Positions 13,053 to 29,002 of a stretch of 64,000 bases of DNA are shown here, one piece after another. The translations under genes and the position numbers were made by a program. The stretch is from Octopus vulgaris (lineage: Eukaryota). The stretch's first letter is position 1. Every line of letters begins with the position of its first letter. The stretch covers positions 12,524,001-12,588,000 of the forward strand of contig OX597824.1 in the NCBI GenBank assembly GCA_951406725.2, in the 5' to 3' direction. The notes beneath the pieces were generated by a model. The model made no database searches and was not told the origin of the DNA. It saw only the letters and a program-made list of their open reading frames with translations.

Positions 13053-13149
13053 CAATTGTCCCAATTCTGTGAACCTCAAAAAGAGTTGCTGCAACGTATG
13101 TCATATATGGTTTGTCTTCCATTGTAACAGGTCTGGTCTGATTGGTGAT
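13053..13149 (-). CDS. CYP copy B exon 6 (K-helix ExxR)
   Basis: tttcag|ITNQTRPVTMEDKPYMTYVAATLFEVHRIGTI|GTAAGA. Confidence 0.92.
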
Positions 13150-13202
13150 CTGAAATAGATAAGCATACACAAAAGACTTAATTCATAATACATGCATACA
13201 AA

Positions 13203-13312
13203 CATACATACATACATACATACATACATACATACATACATACATACATACATACATACATACATACATACATACATACATACATACCTACATACATACA
13301 TACATACATACA

Positions 13313-13340
<28 letters not shown>
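13203..13340. repeat. (TACA)n microsatellite just upstream of the exon 6 acceptor (paralog 43030-43140)
   Basis: Direct observation. Confidence 0.95.
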
Positions 13341-13343
<3 letters not shown>

Positions 13344-13599
13344 GTACGTGCGTCCATATATATCTCTTTGAAAATCGAAGTAAAAGAGAATATCTATGGA
13401 CAACTGCTTCGAAATCTCCAGCTTCTATATCCAGACAATGAATTCATATTCATACTTATAATAATTGGAGCACTAAGTTTTGTTAAAGGAGAATGTGGAT
13501 AAACAGGGATTTTCAGAGAGAGAAATCGACCAGCTAATTCGTATATTACAAGTGCAATCTGTGAGTGGAACTGTAAAAATATGCAACACTTTTCTCAAG

Positions 13600-14742
13600 T
13601 TCCATATGTGAATTTGTCGATGTTTTCTACATCTCAAAGATGGAAACTTGTCTCTTTATTGACATCACCTCCCTACAACCGTTAACAAAGTTACCATTAT
13701 TGTATCATCTGATATACTAAAACTCTATACCACGATCCAGCACCAATATGGACTGAAGGGAATAAGTTTCTGGCTAGAAAAATTCTATTATGAAATACCA
13801 GACAGAACTGAAAATGTTTAATTACTAAAGGATTAAAATTCATCCTTAAAAACAAGGTTTTCGAGTTTAATGACAACATTCATGAACAAATATCTGGGAC
13901 AGCTATGGGGGCAAAAGTCGCCCCAATGCAAATCTAGTCATGGCATACATGGAGTTCCAGATATATGAACAATGTAAATTAAAATACGGCTTGGATTTCC
14001 ATAAATATTTACCAGAAAACTAGAAACGCTACTTATATGACTTCCTTAAAAGCTCATCGATTCTGTACCAACACGCCGAACAGGAACACGGGGGATCAAT
14101 CAACAACATAGAAATTAAAATATTGTCCACACATAGAACAGATGCCACAATCAGACAAATGACAGAAGCTACACACATAATAGAAGATAAACCTAGCCTG
14201 AATAGGAAACTGGAATGGAACACACCACAACATATGACGGTAGAGGATCCCCATAAACTGGTTACAATATAAAAACCGAAAACACAATAAATAAAATACA
14301 CAGATAAATAAACAAATAGAAATAAATAACCATATAAGATTTTTTTGTTTAATTAAAAAGATTTTTTAAAATTTATTATTATTTTTTTTATTACTAGTAT
14401 TGTTGTTATACATACATACATATATATACATACAAGCATACGTAATGATAATAATAAGTGGATGTAAACACATGAACAAATAAGAATAAACAAAAACAAC
14501 AACAACAAAATCAAATTACACGAACGTATATAAACAGAAGATACAAATATTACAGGCCCCTCTCCACACACTAAATAAACATAGACGCACATAAAGATAT
14601 AAGCATGCGCAAATGAAGACATACAATAGAAATACAAAATGGCTGACGGTTAGTAAGGAGAGACACAAATAAGAAAGAAGAAAACAAAGGACCACAGATG
14701 CGGTCACAGGAGTGTGACGAAAGAACTCTAGCCGAAATATAC
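13600..14742 (+). mobile_element. Penelope-like relics (RT fragment plus 3' end/pseudo-LTR) in copy B intron 5
   Basis: FEFND..QISGTAMGAKVAP..ANLVM; 14053-14740 matches the 3' end of the 21500-24335 element. Confidence 0.78.
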
Positions 14743-14758
14743 ATGCACACACACATAC

Positions 14759-14839
<81 letters not shown>

Positions 14840-14898
14840 AATATATATATGTATATCCATATATATATATAAGTGTATGTTTGTATGTGTGTGCGTGT

Positions 14899-14938
<40 letters not shown>

Positions 14939-15486
14939 AAGCATTCATGAAACCATAACTTTTGAATTATTATCGCACACGCTCAATGAAAATGCGCTTC
15001 GTTTAAACGAAGATGTGTTTTGTGAGGTTCATACCTGTCAATTTACCTCAGCCGCACACATTCACACACACAGCCGCGTACACACGCACAGCCGCGTACA
15101 CACGCACAGCCGCGTACACACGCACAGCCGCGTACACACGCACACAAAGAGAATGTACTGTTCGCTTTTATTGTAGCATCAGTAAATAGTTCTCAATCCA
15201 ACTATCGTAAGATATCATTTAATGACGGCAGGAGTTTTACGTGAACTACTTCAAATTTCATACCCGATTTGTGCAATCATCGGACAGGCCTGTATCGCAT
15301 ATTATACATGATCCAGCGATCTGGCAAGCTCAAACGATATGGCTACTCTGTGAGTAAGCGCGAAAAAAATAGCAGAGGACATTAAGAAATATTTGAAAGG
15401 AAAAGAAAGTATAACAATTACACAATTAATCTATTTTCTCAAACTCTATTAACTATTAAAACAGGACAGACATATAAATAATTTAC

Positions 15487-15623
15487 CTGTACAATTTCTT
15501 CTCGACACTTCTCCTGTACATCCGTGTATGTGGCCATACAGACAAAAGCCCAGGTAAGATGGTTAGCAGTTGTGTCGGTTCCAGCCAGAAATAAATCGCA
15601 AATTGTGTAGAACAAATTCTCAT
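15487..15623 (-). CDS. CYP copy B exon 5 (I-helix)
   Basis: DENLFYTICDLFLAGTDTTANHLTWAFVCMATYTDVQEKCREEIVQ|GTAAAT. Confidence 0.93.
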
Positions 15624-15719
15624 CTTCGATGTAGAAATGATAATTAGATTTAAAAGCTTAATAATTTTCTCATAAATTTCCTAAGTTAATTAAATATATA
15701 TATATATCTATATATATGT

Positions 15720-15753
<34 letters not shown>

Positions 15754-16027
15754 TGTATGTATGTATGTATGTATGTATGTATGTATGTATGTGTATGTGT
15801 GTGTGCGTGTCTGTGTGTGTGCATATAAAGAAAGCATGTTTGGGAAAGAGAAAATTATATGGATTATTTATTATAGAATATTGTTTCTTCAAAATAATTT
15901 ATAATATACCCTTTATATCTTTTATATTTTATTTCATGATTAAAATAATTCTTTTTGTTGTTAATTTGTTTTATTGACAGCATTGAAGAATTATAAGAAT
16001 ATAATTAACAGCTCATACAAAACTCAC

Positions 16028-16184
16028 CAGTTAATGTTTCACTGTTTGGTTCCTTCTCAAGCGTCAGCAAATACATATCAATGAAATCTCTTATGTTTTC
16101 AGCATTAAACGTTTCTTTATGTTCTATGATTTTATTTTTTACGTAACTTCGGACCTTCTCCTGCTTCCTTATAACCTTTTCTAT
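16028..16184 (-). CDS. CYP copy B exon 4
   Basis: ttatag|IEKVIRKQ...EHKETFNAENIRDFIDMYL...LT|GTGAGT; CYP2-typical RDFIDxYL. Confidence 0.92.
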
Positions 16185-16510
16185 CTATAACAAGACAGTC
16201 AACAACAACAGTAACGTATTTGCCGAATTAAATGTTTTACAATATAACATTTTTTATCCAATCACACTTAATTCTATGTTTATATCTTGTTGGAGCTGAC
16301 TTTCTTATTGAGTCAATAAAAATAAACACAATTATTCACCAATCTAACCACTATAAACCAGTTGGTGATAAAATTCTTTATTTCCAAACTACCAACTCCA
16401 TATAAATTGCACACGGAATTACCTTTTAATGTAAGATAAATTATTTATCATGCATGAAATTGTGTTGAAGTAGCGAGTTATATATTCATATGTACACACA
16501 CTCACACACA

Positions 16511-16548
<38 letters not shown>

Positions 16549-16551
16549 CAC

Positions 16552-16611
<60 letters not shown>

Positions 16612-16619
16612 TAATAATA

Positions 16620-17240
16620 ATGTGCGCGTTTAAATTCGGAAAGTTTGTGAGGAAGCCGTTGCCCCAATTCACTGACTTTCCCGATGGCACGCAGGTGTCG
16701 ATGAATGGTTGACTGACCAGATCCAAGTTACAATGGGATTTTCTTCCACCAGGGTTTGCAGAACGTCCTCATCGAGCTCTACAGATCTTCCAAGATGAGG
16801 TTTGTCTTCTAGGCTTCAGTTTCCGGCTCGGAGTTCCTGGAACCACTGTTGACACTGGCTTACGCTTATTGTCCGATCCTCATATACTGCATTAATATCC
16901 CTTGCCTTTTCCGTTGCCTTCTTGCCTTTACTGAACTCATAAAGCAAAATATGCCAAATATGTCCCTTTGTCACTTCCGTTATAGATTCGAAAAAGTAAC
17001 GGTTAAAATCGAACTGCATTCTTTAAAACTTGCATTAAGAATAAAAATAAGGTAAAATTGCCATCTGCTTTTACAGGTAAAATTACTACCTGCTTTTACA
17101 GGTAAAATTACTACCTGCTTTTATAGCAAGTTGATGCAGGCAGTTTATCCCTTTCGGCTCTGACATTTAGTTCATGCAACTGAAAAATCTGCATTATTTA
17201 TGGGTTTTTTTTCAATATGTAGACCAATTATAAAAATCTG
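16620..17240 (-). mobile_element. Mariner 5' fragment (HTH region); paralog 46635-47240
   Basis: HILLYEFSKGKKATEKARDINAVYEDRTIS..CQQWF..RAGN. Confidence 0.75.
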
Positions 17241-17525
17241 AAAGACTCTCTCTCTCTCCTCTTCCCACAGCCTAATGAGAGGCGTTTTCAAAACCGTAGG
17301 GGCAAAGTCACATTCCCTACTTAACAGTAATATAGATTTGAACGTAGTATATCCGCTTTCTGCGTTCAAGGGATGAAATAAGTTAACACAAAATTCCGGC
17401 ATATTTTTTATCAAGCAATTATCTTCAGAATATTCTTGAAACCTGGATTTGAATTTTTAAAAATATACCCTGGATTGTAAAGTTGATTTAATATTCGTAT
17501 TTTGATGTGAAGTTTTTATACTTAC

Positions 17526-17652
17526 GGGAGAATTCCACCGAAAAAATCTGATGAATGGAAAGAAATTTTCTGGTACAAATACACCAATATATTTGAACAC
17601 ATCTTGAAAATGTTGAACGATCTCCTGAAACTCAGAATCACTGTATTTGATC
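17526..17652 (-). CDS. CYP copy B exon 3
   Basis: ttgaag|RIKYSDSEFQEIVQHFQDVFKYIGVFVPENFFPFIRFFRWNSP|GTAAGT; phases match neighbouring exons. Confidence 0.88.
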
Positions 17653-18269
17653 CTTCAAAAAGAAAACAGCAAAACATCATACATTCATAGCATGGCCGCA
17701 GTCGAATGACTGAAACAAGTAAAAGAATAGAAGAATAAAGAATACACACACACACACACATACACACACACACACACACACAAAACACACACACATATAC
17801 TTTCAATAATAATAACGAGTAAAATTAATTAATTAATAATTCGGTATGTTAAAATAACTTTTATCGGTAAACTTATACAAAAATTCTATAATTATAAGCA
17901 TAATTATAATTAGTATTCAGCAAAATGCTTCACCACATATCGAATTAGAAATAGCAGTTAAATACTATTCTTCTATAATAAGATATCTTATTTTTCATAG
18001 GTAAAGAGAAAAAATGACGAATCCACACGACTTTGATTAATTACATACGTCTTTCGGGATTAAAGAGATGTAAAATTCATATTTACTCACTTATTACCCA
18101 CTTCAGTGTAGTATTTCAAGTATAAGTTTGAAAGTACTTAATAATTAAATACGCATTCGACCAAGCGATATCGAATAACTAATATCCAACAAACAGCATT
18201 TCCAAATTTATACGGACGAATAACGAATTCACACGTCTTAATTATAGAATTTATATATATATTTAAGAT

Positions 18270-19490
18270 TAATGCCTGTTCAAGTTGAAGGCGTAAAAAC
18301 TTGGTGACACCTGTGCTGACACAGTCAGAACATGGACAGATGTAGCGAATGACCGGTAGAGCGGAAGTGGCGCGAGAGCGGGGTATCATTGCCAAATCTG
18401 ATGTCTCGGAGGTGCTCCGCGAACCACTCGGTGAAGCGGTGTCCCTTTTGACCAATGTACAGAGAAGGACAGAGGAAGCAAGTGATGCTGTAAATAACAT
18501 TACTAGAGGTGCAGGTAAAGGAATCGGTGACGAATGGGCGAGCCATGAGTTGAGACTGAGTCTCAAAGTCATGGCCGTCACTGCATAACCTGCGAAGACA
18601 GAGGAATTGGGATTAGGGAATGGAGAGCTTGGTGTGGGTTGGGTGGGAAGTGGAGAAGTTAAGGTAGGAGTGTGAGTCAGTATCCTTAGATGGAGGTTGC
18701 TGACAGAAATGTCGAGAAATTCGATGGAAGAGTTAGATATAGTAGAGGAGAATTCGAGGTTAGGCTGGAAGGATTGGACAGAAAAAAGGAAGGAGTCCAG
18801 TTGTTCGCGGGAGAGTGAGGTCACGCCGATACAGTCGTCTATATAACGACCGTATAGCTCGAGAGTGAGACCAGTGAATTGTGAGAATATTTGGGCCTCA
18901 TCGTAGCCAATGGACAGGTTCGCACAGTTGAGGCTCATTCTCGTTCCCATGGCCACTCCCGAAACTTTTGGTAAAACTCCACCGCGAACATGAAGTAGCT
19001 GAGGGAGTGGAGAAGTTCAACCAGACGTGTGGAAATGTCAGGTTGAGGGTTAAGCCGATGGTCAAGGAAGGGTTTAAGCGCAAGAATTCCTTCGTTTTAT
19101 GGGATCACCGTATACCGAGTCCTAATGTCAAAAGTGAACAGAAATTTGAGAGGGTTGAGAAGGGAAGCTGAAAGAGTTAAACAGACGGAGAGCATGATTG
19201 GTATCGTGAATGTGTAAGGAAAGGGAAGCTATTAGGGGGGCATGGACACGGTCGAAGTATTTGGAGAACATTTCCGTGGGGCTGTTACTGGTGGAGACAA
19301 TAGAGCGGCCAGAATTGTTAGGCTTGTGAATTTTGGAAATGAAGTAAATAGTGGGTGTGCGTGGGGTACGGACAATGAAGTTGGAGACGGTGGGAGGAAG
19401 ACAGGAGGAGGAAATGAGGTCATGAATAGTGGAAGACACAGTCTGTTGGTAGTTAGGTGTGGGGTTGGAGGGGAGTGGGCAAAAATATGA
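18270..19490 (-). mobile_element. Decayed Penelope-like RT plus GIY-YIG in copy B intron 2
   Basis: KIHKPNNSGRSIVS, AMGTRM..ANL, YGRYIDD, FLDISV, VIYSITCFLC..YIGQ..EHLRDI. Confidence 0.85.
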
Positions 19491-19807
19491 GAGGTTTAGT
19501 TCACTGATGATCTAAACCAACGGTACGGTGCGTATGTGCTATAACCGGTCATCCGTGAGGTTTGGTGTTCACAGCTAAGGCTGGATTAAGTGATCCGTAG
19601 TAGGCTTTCAAGCCTGCAGGTATATATTAAAGAAAAATGGAAAAGTAAACCAAGGCAGGACGAGTATCTCAGGTCATTTAGAATATTTGATTGAAGTGAA
19701 TCAAAAATGGAGAAATAGAAGTTGTTACTCCGACTCCATTTCTGATTCATCTTACTCTAACTAAATATTCTACATGAGATACTCATTCCGCCTTGGTTTT
19801 ATTTTTC

Positions 19808-19860
<53 letters not shown>

Positions 19861-20048
19861 CATCATTAACGGTAAGAGATTGGTTTCGTTTATTTGCTAC
19901 TCCGTTTTTTGCGCATGTGAATCGCAGGGTTCGTCGTATTTGGAAAATCCACTTATAGAAAATGGAAAAAAACAGTCTTTGACTGCCATTTCTAATTCCT
20001 CCGGTATGCGGCGAGGCAGCCTGCTGCCCGCCCTTTAATTATTTTCAC

Positions 20049-20167
<119 letters not shown>

Positions 20168-20504
20168 CATACATAGACAAATACGGAAGGAATCAAGAAT
20201 ATTTGCATAATGTAAACAAAATTTAGCTAAATTAAATAACTCAGAGTGACCAATAGCATGTATTTGAATAACATAGACGGAAAACAGGTATATTAAATAT
20301 GATACAATATAAATTCATGTTTTGCTAGAATGATACAAGCTTCTAGAAAGTGTGTTGGCATTACCAAATGATAATTGAGAACAACATCTTAAAAGAAAGG
20401 GAGATAAGCTCAAAGAACAAGAAATCTCCATGTATACACCCAAACATACGCATTCAGACACCCACGTATATATACACACACACACTTACATACACACATT
20501 CTTT

Positions 20505-20915
20505 TATTCTCACATTCTTTTACTTGTCTCGGACAGTTGATTGCGGCCATGCAGGAGCACCACTTCGAAGGGTGCTTTAGTCAAATAAATCAAACACAGG
20601 ACTTATTTCTTAAGCCTAGTACTTATTCTATTGAAGTCTTTTGCTGAACCGCTAAGTGACGCGGACGTAAACACACCAACATCGGTTGTCGAGTTATGAT
20701 GGACACACAAACACACACACAGACGCACACACAAACATACGCACTCAAACACATACATACACATGACGGGCTTCTTTCAGTTTCCGTCTACCAAATCCAC
20801 TCACAATGCTTTTGCTTGCCCGAGGTTATAGCAGAAGACTCTAATCCAAGTGCTACGCAGTGGGACTGAACCTGGAACAATGTGGTTGGGAAGCAAACTT
20901 CTTACCACACAACTA
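20505..20915 (-). mobile_element. Second tRNA-derived SINE family (paralog 50225-50635)
   Basis: Minus-strand head tgtggtaagaagtttgcttcccaaccac..ggttcagtccc with internal (GT)n. Confidence 0.7.
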
Positions 20916-20969
20916 ACACAAACACAAACATACACACCCATATATTTCTGGATCTGTACTGCTACTCAC

Positions 20970-21195
20970 CTTTTACCAAATATGATATTGTATATGATAC
21001 TCGAAGTGAAGAGTGACAACTGTTTATTTAAGGAGAACGGTTTACCATTTTGAGATTGAAAAGTTTCGCCTAATCTCTGGGTTTCTAAAGATATCTTTTC
21101 TTCTAGAACTTTTTTGCCTACTCCTAGATCCCGAAGTGCTGACATGGTAAACTTTCTCTGGTCTTTCCATTGTTTTCCAGAACTAAGAAGGATAC
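20970..21195 (-). CDS. CYP copy B exon 2
   Basis: ttcag|GILLSSGKQWKDQRKFTMSALRDLGVGKKVLEEKI...IIFGK|GTGAGT; C-helix WxxxR. Confidence 0.92.
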
Positions 21196-21380
21196 CTGAA
21201 ACAATTAAGGTAAAAATAAACTTTTCAACGTATATTTTGTTTTGAAATATTTAAAACTAAGAATATTTGAAAATATTAGAAACAATATCGAGATATTAAA
21301 CATTTAGAGATTGTTTTGAATTCTTTGTTACGCATAGAATTCCTCAATGCATATACATATATATACATATATATATGTAC

Positions 21381-24442
<3,062 letters not shown>

Positions 24443-24631
24443 ATAATTCTCTAAACGAGATATAGACAGTAACTGCTCCATAACAAAGGGACATTAGCCA
24501 TTTGAATAGGGACAGGGCAGGGCGGTGGGGGTGTTACTGATATATATATATATATACCAGATAGGCTACACCATCACGGTATACATGCCACATACACCTA
24601 CACACATCGTCACACACACACGAACAACTTC

Positions 24632-24665
<34 letters not shown>

Positions 24666-25112
24666 TTATGATTTCGAAAATCTGTTCGACAGCAATAATA
24701 ATTCTCTAAACGAGATATAGACAGTAACTATTCCATAACATAAGGGACATTAGCCATTTGAATGTGGCTAGGGACAGGGCAGGGCGGTGGGGGTGTTACT
24801 GATGCATTTATATATATATATATATATATATATACAAATTAAATTAGAGATAAAACCACTATTAGGCAATTCAAACAGTGAAAGACATAAACCAAAACAG
24901 AAATAAAAATAATTAATATAATATACAAAATACAAAATTTAAAATTTAAATTATTTAAATTTAAATTTAAAAATTTTTAATTATTAATTTATATTTATAA
25001 ATTTTTATATATATATATATTTATATTATTATTATTTATTTATTTATTTATTTATTAAAAATATATATATATAACTATCAAAATGTATTAAAAGTTTAAT
25101 ATAAGATAAAAA

Positions 25113-25292
<180 letters not shown>

Positions 25293-25299
25293 AAAGAAT

Positions 25300-26410
25300 A
25301 AGTTCAAGTAGAACAATTCAAAAGTTTTGGGAGAGTCCAAAAAGATATATTTCTAATAATTATTCATCATATCAGAATGATATCCTGCTAAAGCAAGAAA
25401 TTAAAATATGAAAATAACAAGTAAAGAGTTTGTTATAGGCATGTATAAGATAAAATCATATATAAAACAGTACAAACAATTAGAAAAAAGAAACCTATAC
25501 CATATGTTCGAATGGGCGACTCACCTAATACAAACCACCATAGCAATAAGGAAAGCAAGAATATCATCATTTGGATTATAATTCCTTTTGCTAAGCATTG
25601 AAGGTCAGACATATTAGATCCATTATTAAATAAAATAAAATAAAAAAAACTCTAGATATGCTAATATATTCAATAACAAAATTATCAGATTTGGTTTTTC
25701 TGTAGCTCCAAACCTATTTAAGATTATTTCCACTTTTAACATGAGAAAATTAAACAATTTCTACAATGAAGAAACCCACTCTACTACACATACTAACCTC
25801 AATAATTCCAATAACTCCATATCTATTAACAACGACTATCATAATCACATAACCCCAATTTCCCTTAATGCATATAGGCATTACAATAGACTTTCCAATA
25901 TTAGTCCTAATTGTAACTGTAGACACCCAAATACCTGTGGGGTAAAAGGTAACTGTAAAAAGAAAAATGTAGTATACCAAGCTACTATTACAACCCATAA
26001 TCTCTCTAAGTTTAATTATATAGGTTGTACACAGAACATATTTAAATTGAGCTTCAGTAACCATAAGTCACCTTTTAATGACTCTCGGAAAGAAAATAGT
26101 ACCGGTCTATCAAAAATGGTTTGGCAAATGAAAAGATATAACATAGATAACACAATTTCTTGGAAGATTATTTCTTCTGCTCCTTCTTATAGGATTAGCA
26201 ATAGGACATGTCTTTTATGCCTAAAAGAATATTATAAAATCATGAAAATGAATAATTCTCTCTTAAATTCGAGAGATGAGTGAGATTGTTCTTGTAAACA
26301 TGTCTAAATTTCTTTTTATTAACCTTAAATAGGTCTTTTTCTCCACAACCACTTTCTTCATATTGGTTCTTATTCTACTCATTGCCTCTCCCTAATTCTT
26401 CATATAATAC
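25300..26410 (+). mobile_element. Penelope-like 3' fragment with GIY-YIG endonuclease
   Basis: CNCR..C..GNCKKKNVVYQAT..YIGCTQ..FK..NHKS..STGLSK..W..CLLCLKE..LLNSRDE. Confidence 0.82.
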
Positions 26411-26530
26411 CCCCAATTTACATATCTACTACACACACACACACACATATATATATATATGTATATGAGTATATATATATATGTCAATGTATATATGTGT
26501 TTGTGTATGTATATATATATGTGTATGTGC

Positions 26531-26565
<35 letters not shown>

Positions 26566-26613
26566 CGCATATTTGTATATATATTGTATGTATGTGTGTA
26601 TGTATGTGTATAT

Positions 26614-28022
26614 GGTGGTGGTGAGATCTCGAATAACCCAATTTCTGGAAAGCAACAGACGGCTGATTTCCAACCAACATGGGTTCCGTAATGGAAGGGA
26701 CTGCCTAACGCAGCTCCTGCATCACTTTGAGGACATTTTGAGAGCTTTGGGAGAGGGCTCCAACACCGATGTCATCTACATTGATTTCAGTAAGGCCTTC
26801 GACAGGGTCGATCACAAGATCCTATTGAAATAACTATCCAACATTGGTGTCTCTGGAAAGTTACTGAAATGGATCAAGTGTTTCCTGACAGACAGATCCC
26901 AACATGTTGTAGTTGAAGGGGTAAAATCAAGCCCACCCAAAGTCAGTAGTGGCGTTCCGCAAGGCACTGTGCTGGGCCCACTTCTTTTCATCATTTACAT
27001 TAATGACATTAATGACATCATCAAGCACAGCAACATAAAAATCTTTGCAGATGACTCCAAGCTACAGAAGGTCATAAATGAGGCGAGTGACCGGACATGC
27101 CTTCAGTCAGATTTACTGGCTGTTATCCAATGGGCAGAAAAAAACAATATGCTGCTGAACGAGGATAAATTTGAGCTAATCCACTTTGGAAAAGAGGATG
27201 CCCTGAAACTCCCATACTCCCTTCCTTCAGGTGAAACTCTCGCGGCGTCCAACAACATCAGAGACTTGGGAGTAATTGTGGACAACAACATAAGCTGGGC
27301 CACTCATATAAACACCAAAGTTGACATGGCCCGCAGAATGTGTTCCTGGATTCTCAGAACTTTCCAGTCGAGAGATATCCACACCATTATCCTTCTCTTC
27401 TCCACTTTTGCCCGACCCCACCTTGAATACTGTTGTCCACTGTGGTCTCCCCACACAATACAAGGTATCATAAAAGTTGAAGCACCTCAAAGGGCAATCA
27501 CAAAAAAGATAGATGGCATGACAGGCCTCGACTATTGGGGTCGACTAGAAAAGCTAAACTCTATTCTCTCCAACGTCGTCGTGAGCGCTACATCATCTGC
27601 ATGATGTGGAAAATATTCCATCAGCATTGCCCAAATGATGTTGGCATCACCTTTAAGGTACATCCAAAGCTTGGGCCCCGTGCCATCCGCCCAAAACAAA
27701 AATCGCACTCTCATCTCATAACAACAATACGGCACAATTATTTCACCTCAATTGGCCCCGCTCTCTTTAACATTACACCAAAACACATTAAAACAGAAAC
27801 TGACCCTATAGGGTTCAAGAAGTCTTTGGACAGATTCCTTCAAGAAATCCCGGATAAACCCCCTACACCCGGATATGTCTCTGTAAACAATAACTCTCTA
27901 CTTGAGTGGGCCATAGTGCCCAAATTCTGACTTGAAAGACTTCGCCAGGTGGTGCTATTAAGTTAGACATGGCCTGGGCCAATAATGGCCGAAACCTATC
28001 AAAGTATCAAAGTATCAAAGTA
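26614..28022 (+). mobile_element. 5'-truncated CR1/Jockey-group LINE (RT), copy-B specific
   Basis: QHGFR, YIDFSKAFDRVDH, SGVPQGTVLGPLLF, FADD, RPHLEY; tail (TATCAAAG)n; empty site at ~53370 in copy C; possible short TSD gtatatg. Confidence 0.88.
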
Positions 28023-28320
28023 TATGCATGTGTATGTATGTATGTATGTATGTGCGTATATATGTATGTATGCACATATATGTGTAAATATGCGTATATG
28101 TATGTATGTAAGTGTCCATGCATATATATGTCTATGTGCGTATTTATATATGTATGTGTATACGTGTGCATGTGTGTGTATGTATATATATATGAGTGTG
28201 TATATATGTATGTATATATGTATGTATATATATATGTATATGTATGTGTATATGTTTGCATATCTGTATCCATATGTGTATGCATGTATACATATGTATG
28301 TGTGTATATATATATTTGTG

Positions 28321-28373
<53 letters not shown>

Positions 28374-28398
28374 ATATGTATATATTTGTGTATGTATG

Positions 28399-28455
<57 letters not shown>

Positions 28456-29002
28456 ATATATATTGTTACTATTATTTTTCATATACCTATGTGAGTATTT
28501 TTTTTCTGTACATACATCAATATATTTCTTGTGTGTAGTTCGTATGTATGTTGACAATAAATTTATACAATAATCCATAAATTCAAAATAAGAGGTCGTG
28601 AATAAAAAGGAAAAGAAATAAACAAGTAAAAGTGAACAGATAAAGTATATAAGATAACATATCTTTGTGTCTTCAGAGTCGTATATCTGTTGAAAGATAG
28701 TGTCTGCATTAAAGTCGTTTGGGTCGCTGTGACGGTACAACTTACCTGTTTAGTAACATCACACTGCTGTCTGTAGCCAAGAATTGTTGGAGATTTACGG
28801 CACCGATTAATTTAGTAACGGGCTGCTAGTGAAAATATTAACTATGTTTAACCATTTTGCCTTTCATCCTTTCGGGGGTCGATAAAAGAACTACAAATTG
28901 AACACTGGGGTCGATGTAATCGACTTACCCTCATCCCAGAAAGTGCTGGCCTTGTGCCAAAATTTGAAACCATTATGATTATTATTATTATTATCATTAT
29001 TA

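Noticed and set aside
27969-28740. Long ORFs rich in Y/I/M/C/V/H/T (also at 53134-53762, 51039-51402, 21316-21846, 13101-13403)
   Set aside because: They are translations of (TA)n, (TATG)n and (CA)n microsatellites, which lack stop codons in some frames; not genes.
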